The translations under genes and the position numbers were made by a program. The notes below the pieces were generated by a model, which was not told the DNA's origin, searched no databases, and saw only the letters and a program-made list of their open reading frames with translations. 64,000 nt of DNA from Candidatus Zambryskibacteria bacterium CG10_big_fil_rev_8_21_14_0_10_42_12 (GTDB taxonomy: Bacteria > Patescibacteriota > Minisyncoccia > Phycocordibacterales > 1-14-0-10-42-12). Shown one piece after another: positions 57,775-64,000 of this stretch. Location: assembly GCA_002787695.1 (NCBI GenBank), contig PCXL01000011.1, positions 138,250 to 202,249 on the forward strand, in the 5' to 3' direction. Within the stretch, counting starts at the first letter, position 1. Each line of letters begins with the position of its first letter.

Positions 57775-59061
57775 GTGCACACTGCTCAATTTAAAAAAAT
57801 AACAGCAAATTTACCAGATACTCCTGGTGTTTATTTTTTCATTGGCTCGCCGAAACAACGTGAAGGCGGCTCGGGGAAAAACTTGTCTACAGAGTCATCT
57901 AAAATCCTCTATATCGGCAAAGCAACGTCTCTCAAGAGTCGTGTTAAAAGTTATTTTGCTTCTGATCTATTTGAGCGTCGCGGGCCAAAGATAGTCAAAA
58001 TGATTGAAGAGGCACATGATGTTACGTTTGAAAAAACAGAGTCTGCACTTGAGGCGATGATTTTAGAAGCGGTTCTTATCAAAAAACACAAGCCGCTCTA
58101 TAACACGCTTGGCATTGATGACAAGAGCTACCAGTATGTGGTGATAACTGATGAAGAGTTTCCGCGTGTTGTGCTCGTGCGTGCAAATGATCTCATGCAG
58201 GCTGAAATGGGTGCCTATGAATTGCCGTACAAAATTAAAAAGAAATTTGGACCGTATCCTTACGGATCTTCGCTTAAAGAGGCACTTCGTATTATTCGGA
58301 AAATTTTTCCATTTCGTGATGAAAAAGCAGTAATCGCACACAATGAACGTTTTTATCGAACACTAGGGTTGTCTCCAAACATTGATGGTGCGGAAGCAAA
58401 AAAAACATATGCAAGAACTATTCGTCACATCATCTTGTTTTTTGAAGGTAAAAAGAAAACGTTGATAAAAGAGCTTGAGCGAGAGATGAAAAGTTTGGCG
58501 CGTGAGCAAAAATTTGAAGAAGCAGAGAGAGCAAAACATACCATGTTTGCTCTTACACATATTCGTGATATTTCACTCATAAAACGAGATTTTTATGCAG
58601 ACGAGACACGCACACAAACTGGTTTCAGGATCGAGGCATACGACATTGCGCATACTGCAGGTAAAGACGTTGTCGGGGTCATGACCGTGCTTGTTGACGG
58701 TGAGCCGGACAAAGGTCAATACAGAAAATTTAATATAAAGGGTGGTACGGGAAATAACGACGTGGCGGCGCTTAAAGAAATTTTAAACAGGCGCCTGGAA
58801 CGAACTGAGTGGCCAATGCCAAAACTTATTGTGGTAGATGGTGGAAAACCGCAGATGAATGCGGCAGAAGATGTACTAGAAAAAGCGGGTGTGCAGATAC
58901 CAGTTGTATGTGTGACAAAGGATGAATTTCATCGACCGAGAACTATTGGCGGTTCAAAAGAAGTGATAAAAAATCAAGAAGACGATATTATTTTTGCAAA
59001 CGCAGAAGCGCACCGATTCGCACTCGCATTTCATAAAAATAAAAGAGGAAAAATAAAATAA
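57775..59061 (+). CDS. uvrC: Excinuclease ABC subunit C (short form, no HhH)
   Basis: LPDTPGVY, LYIGKA, RIEAYDIAH, VVDGGKPQ; GTG 6 nt after TATTGT. Confidence 0.93.
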   Translation: MHTAQFKKITANLPDTPGVYFFIGSPKQREGGSGKNLSTESSKILYIGKATSLKSRVKSYFASDLFERRGPKIVKMIEEAHDVTFEKTESALEAMILEAVLIKKHKPLYNTLGIDDKSYQYVVITDEEFPRVVLVRANDLMQAEMGAYELPYKIKKKFGPYPYGSSLKEALRIIRKIFPFRDEKAVIAHNERFYRTLGLSPNIDGAEAKKTYARTIRHIILFFEGKKKTLIKELEREMKSLAREQKFEEAERAKHTMFALTHIRDISLIKRDFYADETRTQTGFRIEAYDIAHTAGKDVVGVMTVLVDGEPDKGQYRKFNIKGGTGNNDVAALKEILNRRLERTEWPMPKLIVVDGGKPQMNAAEDVLEKAGVQIPVVCVTKDEFHRPRTIGGSKEVIKNQEDDIIFANAEAHRFALAFHKNKRGKIK

Positions 59062-59197
59062 AACATAAGGCGCCGCACGACTAACTTCACGGGGAGGTGT
59101 GAAATACTAATCGTGCGGCGCTGCCTCTCGGTCTCCGACACGCGCCGGGCGCGAGAGCGAAGGAGGAGGAACCAAGAGGCGAACTAAAATCTGCTAA
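59058..59197 (-). ncRNA. Candidate two-hairpin small RNA with C-rich loops
   Basis: TTGAAA-17-TATCAT promoter (59231-59203); stems 59170-59180/59123-59133 and 59111-59121/59070-59080; U-rich tail. Confidence 0.55.
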
Positions 59198-59311
59198 CAT
59201 AGATGATATATACATGTACCACAGATTTCAATTGATTTTTTTACTATTTTATTTTATAAAAGATAATCTTCCACATCACGAAAATTGTTCAAGTGATATA
59301 TAATAAAGCAT

Positions 59312-60274
59312 ATGTCAAAACTTACCGTCGGTGTTTTACGTGGTGGACCATCGCATGAATACGAAGTCTCTCTCAATACTGGTAGAACAGTTCTTCAGCA
59401 TATGCCCGATACATATAGACCAGTAGACATTTTTATCTCCAAAGATGGCGAGTGGCATATTGATGGCATTGTGAGAAAACCAATGGATGCACTTCGTGGT
59501 GTAGATGTTGCTTTTAATGCGCTCCATGGTGAATATGGGGAAGATGGTCAGGTACAACGACTGCTTGAAGATATCGGCATTCCGTTTACTGGCTCTGATG
59601 CTATAGGAGCAGCGCTTTCTATGCACAAGGCACAGGCAAAAGAAATGTTTAAAAAAGCAGGTATTAAGGTTCCATCACATAGAATTGTGCAAAGAGAAGA
59701 ACCTCGCAATAATCTTGTTAGAGAAGTCTTTGAAACAATGTTTTTACCTCTTATGATCAAGCCGGTAGCCGCAGGTTCGTCTGTCGGCATGACTATTTTA
59801 TTTAATTATCACGATATTCCAAAAGCACTTGATGATGCATTTGAATTTAGTGATAGTGTATTAATTGAACATTTTATTAGAGGACGTGAAGCAACATGTA
59901 GTATCGTTGAGGACTTTAGAAACAGTCGTCATTACGCACTTTTACCAATCGAGATCGTGTGTCATCCGCATAAGAAGTTTTTAGATTACGAAGCAAAATA
60001 CGATACGGGTGCTGATTCATTTTGTCCGGGTAATTTTTCATACGAAGAAAAACAGAGAATTGAACAAGCCGCAATCTTGGCGCATGATGTGCTTGGACTT
60101 CGACATTATTCTCGATCCGATTTTATACTGACCCCTAAGGGAGAAGTTTATATTTTAGAAACAAATTCACTTCCTGGACTAACTGACCATTCATTTTTAC
60201 CAAAATCACTCACCGCTGTTGGGTCCAACATGCCCGAGTTTCTAGATCATGTAATACATTTAGCAGTGAGATAG
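59312..60274 (+). CDS. ddl: D-alanine--D-alanine ligase
   Basis: GGPSHEYEVSL, LHGEYGEDG, GSSVG, YEAKY, ETNSLPGLT. Confidence 0.96.
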   Translation: MSKLTVGVLRGGPSHEYEVSLNTGRTVLQHMPDTYRPVDIFISKDGEWHIDGIVRKPMDALRGVDVAFNALHGEYGEDGQVQRLLEDIGIPFTGSDAIGAALSMHKAQAKEMFKKAGIKVPSHRIVQREEPRNNLVREVFETMFLPLMIKPVAAGSSVGMTILFNYHDIPKALDDAFEFSDSVLIEHFIRGREATCSIVEDFRNSRHYALLPIEIVCHPHKKFLDYEAKYDTGADSFCPGNFSYEEKQRIEQAAILAHDVLGLRHYSRSDFILTPKGEVYILETNSLPGLTDHSFLPKSLTAVGSNMPEFLDHVIHLAVR

Positions 60275-60279
60275 GGTTC

Positions 60280-61348
60280 TCACCTAATATTGAGTACATT
60301 TTGGTCAGTAATGGCTTGATCAAGTGATTGACTCCATGAATTATCAGTAAAGGTCAACTCCTGTAGTTCCTGACTACTTGTGTACACTATAAATGAATTC
60401 TTATTTCGAACATCAGTTTTGTATGTAAACGTGTTGTTGCGTATAACAACGTCATTAGAAAGTTCAAACCATAAAAGGGTAGTACGTGGCGCATCCGTTT
60501 CAGGAGTACTCATGTGGCGAACCGTATTTTCAGTTATAAAAACATTGTCTGTATTTGTTAGTAATATTTCAAGAGCATTATTTTCAAGAATGTTATTCTC
60601 AATATATATATATCTTTTATACGTTCATGTGCATTATAAGCGTGTATACCGGCACCCGCATGTTCACGTATTATATTTCCCTTAATTACAATATCGGACA
60701 TACTTTTTTGTAATAATCGGACAGATAAATTCCGTGAACATGCCATGGACTGTAATTGGTTAAACCGTTTTGTTCAATACGATTATTTTCAATAAGGATG
60801 TCGTGTGCAGATACAACGAGAATGCCTTGTCCGCAAAATTCTTTTACTACGCATGAGTCTCCATTATTATGAATATAGTTGTTTCTTACGATATTATGTG
60901 AACCGTTTACAACGATTCCATCCCATCCGTTTCGAATTTCAAATCCGTCAATTATTTGCCACTCTCCATTTAGAGCAACAAAATCTTTGTATGTCGTTCC
61001 ACGAGGTTCGATTATCGGATTTTCATCTGTAAAATTCTTTAATGTAATAGGTGCATTTTTGGTTCCACTAGTGTTCCATTCAATTTTTTCATTATAAACT
61101 CCTTCTCGAACTAAGATCGTATCACCTGGCTTGGCATTATCGAGGGCTTCTTGAATAGTTGAAAATTGTGCGTTTGGTATTTTGGCTACGATCAAAGGGT
61201 CATCTGACTCGGCCTGTACAGTAGCTGTTTCGTTTGTATGTTGCAGTGTTACCTCCGAATCAGTTTGTTTTGACGTACTGCTACGTACAATGATTACGAG
61301 TAAAACACACACGAGAATCAACAAAATCCCTTTTTTAATCATGCTCAT
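60280..61348 (-). pseudogene. Membrane-anchored right-handed beta-helix protein split by two frameshifts
   Basis: TIQEALDNAKPGDTILVREGVYNE and parallel beta-helix repeats continue across three frames; breaks at A6 (60704-60709) and (AT)6 (60602-60613). Confidence 0.85.
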
Positions 61349-61445
61349 ATTGTATATCAGATCTAGGAATAATCCTTTGGAGAGCAGTTTAGTGTACTTG
61401 CTTACCTAGTTTTGCTCTTTTAGTATTACATTTGTAGCACTTCGT

Positions 61446-62156
61446 ATGAAGCGGATCAAAACAAACAATCAGAAAAAAGTTGCCATATTTGATATAGACG
61501 GAACAATTTTCCGGTCTAGTTTATTGATCGAAGTAGTAGAGGCACTTATTGATAAGGGTATTTTTCCTGATACTGCCAGAAAAACATATATTCGTGCACA
61601 AAAGGCGTGGCATGATCGTACCGGTAGTTATGAAGATTATATTGATAAAGTAGTTGCAAGTTTTTTAAAACATATAAAAGGTGTGTACTATAAAGATTTT
61701 ATTAATACTGCTGAAGAAGTTGTAGAACGAGAAAAATTTACCGTATATCGATACACTAGAGATCTTATTGCTGAGTTAAAAAAGAAAAAGTATTTTCTTT
61801 TGGCAATATCGCAGTCTCCGAAAGGAATACTTGATAAATTTTGCAAACATTTAGGATTCGATAAAGTGTATGGCAGATTTTATGAAACTGGACCCATGGA
61901 TGCATTTACGGGGCGTGTTGTTGATGAACATTTGATAGGGAATAAAGCCAATATAGTTTGGCGGGCAGTTGAGAAAGAGAACCTTACTTTAAAAGATTCT
62001 ATTGGCGTAGGAGATACTGAGGGTGACATTCCGGTCTTGGAGCTTGTCGATAGGCCAATCTGTTTTAATCCAAATGCACTCCTCTATAAATGGGCCAAGA
62101 AATCAGGTGCCGAAGTGATAGTTGAGCGCAAGGATGTTGTATACAAAATACAATAA
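61446..62156 (+). CDS. HAD-IB family hydrolase (SerB-like)
   Basis: FDIDGT, ISQS, GDTEGD, FNPN. Confidence 0.93.
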   Translation: MKRIKTNNQKKVAIFDIDGTIFRSSLLIEVVEALIDKGIFPDTARKTYIRAQKAWHDRTGSYEDYIDKVVASFLKHIKGVYYKDFINTAEEVVEREKFTVYRYTRDLIAELKKKKYFLLAISQSPKGILDKFCKHLGFDKVYGRFYETGPMDAFTGRVVDEHLIGNKANIVWRAVEKENLTLKDSIGVGDTEGDIPVLELVDRPICFNPNALLYKWAKKSGAEVIVERKDVVYKIQ

Positions 62157-62186
62157 ATTCAAACACAACGGTGACATTATTTTAAG

Positions 62187-63392
62187 CTAGTTTGGTAGAG
62201 ACACGATGTCTTCGCCAGGGAACAGTTTATCTTCAGTGTTACCAGTCTTGAAGTAGATACCCACCTTTGGAAATGTGGGAGCTATGTATTGTGGTAGCCA
62301 GCCATTATCACAATTGTTTTGGTTTACAACTGCACTTGTATGATCCCATGTTGGAATTTCACCAGCGGCTCTATTTTCATTAGGAACCTTTTTCACACAG
62401 TACCATGCGCCGATCGGCACAGACAGCTCGTTCCGTGCAGTGGGATTTTCAGGACCGTAGTGACTCACTTCTAATCGCCGTTTAAGACCAAAGGCACCAG
62501 TTTTGTTCCATGTGTCCTTATTCATAATATCCCCCTTGTGTTCATCTGGAATAAAGAATGTGGATGCTTCACAAATAGTTAAACCAAAATCCCATGAAAG
62601 AAAACTGTTTGCCGTTCCATACCATTGTTCACATCTCTTATAATCATTCCAGTCTTCTTGGTCGGGTGATGCAATAATAAATTGGTCACGGCCAGGCCAT
62701 GTGATGCCATACGTGTCGTCGTATCCACCAAATTCTCCTGCGCGCGTCATTCGTTGATTGCGCATTTCTGGATATCCAAAAAACATCCATCCTTGCCAGA
62801 AGGAAACTCCTCCAGACTGATCCTTTGCGTACACCTCATATGAGTGAAGCGGACCACTTCTTCCGTGTGGATTACTTTGTGCGTGGAAACGGATATAGAG
62901 CTCAACACCGCTGGCTGTCATTGAGTAACCCTTGTATGCCTGGTGTTTCATCTCGTTTTCTTTTGGAGTTGATTCATCTCCGCCCCAAATGACGGGGTGG
63001 CCAAATTTTTCTATACTCCATTCGTTTGCCCATGCCGGCGGTTCATCTCCGTGTTCGTGTGGATTGAGTCCATCGTGTGCGCCTGGTGCATGCCAGCGTG
63101 TCATTGACAATGCTTCTGTGTTGTATGAAATGGGAGCATGAGTAACTTGATTTTTAGATGTTGTTTCTAGGTTATCTTTTATTTTTTCTGTGTGAGTAGT
63201 CGTTTCTAGAACAGCATCATGTTCATATACTTTTGTATTAGTTACAAGGTTGTTATCCTGTTTTTCTTGTATCCGTTCTGTTTTTTCAGATGCTTCAATT
63301 GGTTTGTTATTTTTAGAAACTATATGTGCCCCTAAACCTATAAGTAACAAGATAACTACGGCGACAATCAATTGTATTTTTGAAAATATCAT
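62187..63392 (-). CDS. Membrane-anchored/secreted hypothetical protein
   Basis: N-terminal TM, linker, His/Trp-rich domain (WHAPGAHDG..HEHGD). Confidence 0.8.
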   Translation of the reverse strand: MIFSKIQLIVAVVILLLIGLGAHIVSKNNKPIEASEKTERIQEKQDNNLVTNTKVYEHDAVLETTTHTEKIKDNLETTSKNQVTHAPISYNTEALSMTRWHAPGAHDGLNPHEHGDEPPAWANEWSIEKFGHPVIWGGDESTPKENEMKHQAYKGYSMTASGVELYIRFHAQSNPHGRSGPLHSYEVYAKDQSGGVSFWQGWMFFGYPEMRNQRMTRAGEFGGYDDTYGITWPGRDQFIIASPDQEDWNDYKRCEQWYGTANSFLSWDFGLTICEASTFFIPDEHKGDIMNKDTWNKTGAFGLKRRLEVSHYGPENPTARNELSVPIGAWYCVKKVPNENRAAGEIPTWDHTSAVVNQNNCDNGWLPQYIAPTFPKVGIYFKTGNTEDKLFPGEDIVSLPN

Positions 63393-63568
63393 AGAACCAG
63401 ATTATCTCATTAATTAAGTCTTGCAAAGAATATGGATTGTTGTGTATTTATATAATAAAAATGATGCCGAGTTAAAAATCAGGAATTCATCTTTTCTTAA
63501 TGATTATCTTCATATACTTAAAAGGAGTTAGTATTATTAGTCTCGCTAATGTTTCTTTTAAACAAAAT

Positions 63569-63811
63569 ATGAATTATCAAAAAGGAAATGGTCTCGTGTG
63601 GACGACGCTTGTTATTGCAATTATTGCTCTCATCCTCGCCTGGGTTGCATACAATAGAACTGGTGTAAATATTGAGGAGCAGGTGCAGGCAGAAATAAAT
63701 GAGGCGTTTGCAGAGCTTAATATTGAGCTCGATACACTCGAGAGGCAAATACGCGAAGGGACAGCGGATACTCTGCAGGATGGCGCAGATGAAGTTCGGA
63801 CAGATGAATAG
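63569..63811 (+). CDS. Small membrane-anchored protein
   Basis: MNYQKG then hydrophobic helix and acidic helical tail; boxed promoter 63486-63518; terminator 63817-63850. Confidence 0.7.
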   Translation: MNYQKGNGLVWTTLVIAIIALILAWVAYNRTGVNIEEQVQAEINEAFAELNIELDTLERQIREGTADTLQDGADEVRTDE

Positions 63812-64000
63812 ATAAAAAATTCAAAAAGGGGCATAACCCCTTTTTGAATTCATGGCTTCTTCATGATGTTTAGTGTATTGTTGTAATTACGACTAACAAA
63901 AAAATAAAAAAAGGGGATACCCCTGATCCTTTAAATGATCCAGAATACGGCCATATTCTGACGCGCGCAATAATTGACACTATCCACGAACCACTTATTG

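Noticed and set aside
1-64000. CRISPR array, prophage, integron or autonomous IS
   Set aside because: No regularly spaced repeats, cas, integrase, transposase or phage structural genes recognised.

Overview
Chromosomal segment of a reduced-genome bacterium, most likely Patescibacteria/CPR (Parcubacteria-like; inferred from PheS lacking its N-terminal arm, PheT lacking the B2 domain, ThrRS lacking TGS, short UvrC, many leaderless genes; genetic code 11). It carries housekeeping genes (tsf, pheST, gyrB, thrS, dnaE, rnhB, rpmF, nusB, rnc, dnaX, typA, tgt, uvrBAC, ddl), tRNA-Thr(UGU), tRNA-Gln(UUG), an OmpR-type two-component pair, two GT2 synthases, surface proteins and many small orphan ORFs. 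I saw no CRISPR array, transposase, integrase or prophage. The most striking structure is sub-genic. Families of 20-120 bp palindromic elements sit in frame inside proteins (UvrB, UvrC, a thioredoxin-like protein), interrupt relic copies of both tRNA genes, supply ATG start codons, and mark the junctions of relic N- and C-terminal uvrB fragments on either side of the intact uvrB. A stand-alone GIY-YIG nuclease lies between a relic and an intact tRNA-Thr 5' end. Also seen: three promoter- and terminator-bounded structured small-RNA candidates, a five-site direct-repeat promoter motif (candidate regulon), unusual fusions (NusB-Nudix, NDT-like-Nudix, LOG-PCD, GT2-LysM), an active/inactive M14 peptidase pair and a doubly frameshifted beta-helix gene. 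All family assignments are by motif recognition by eye; no searches were run.
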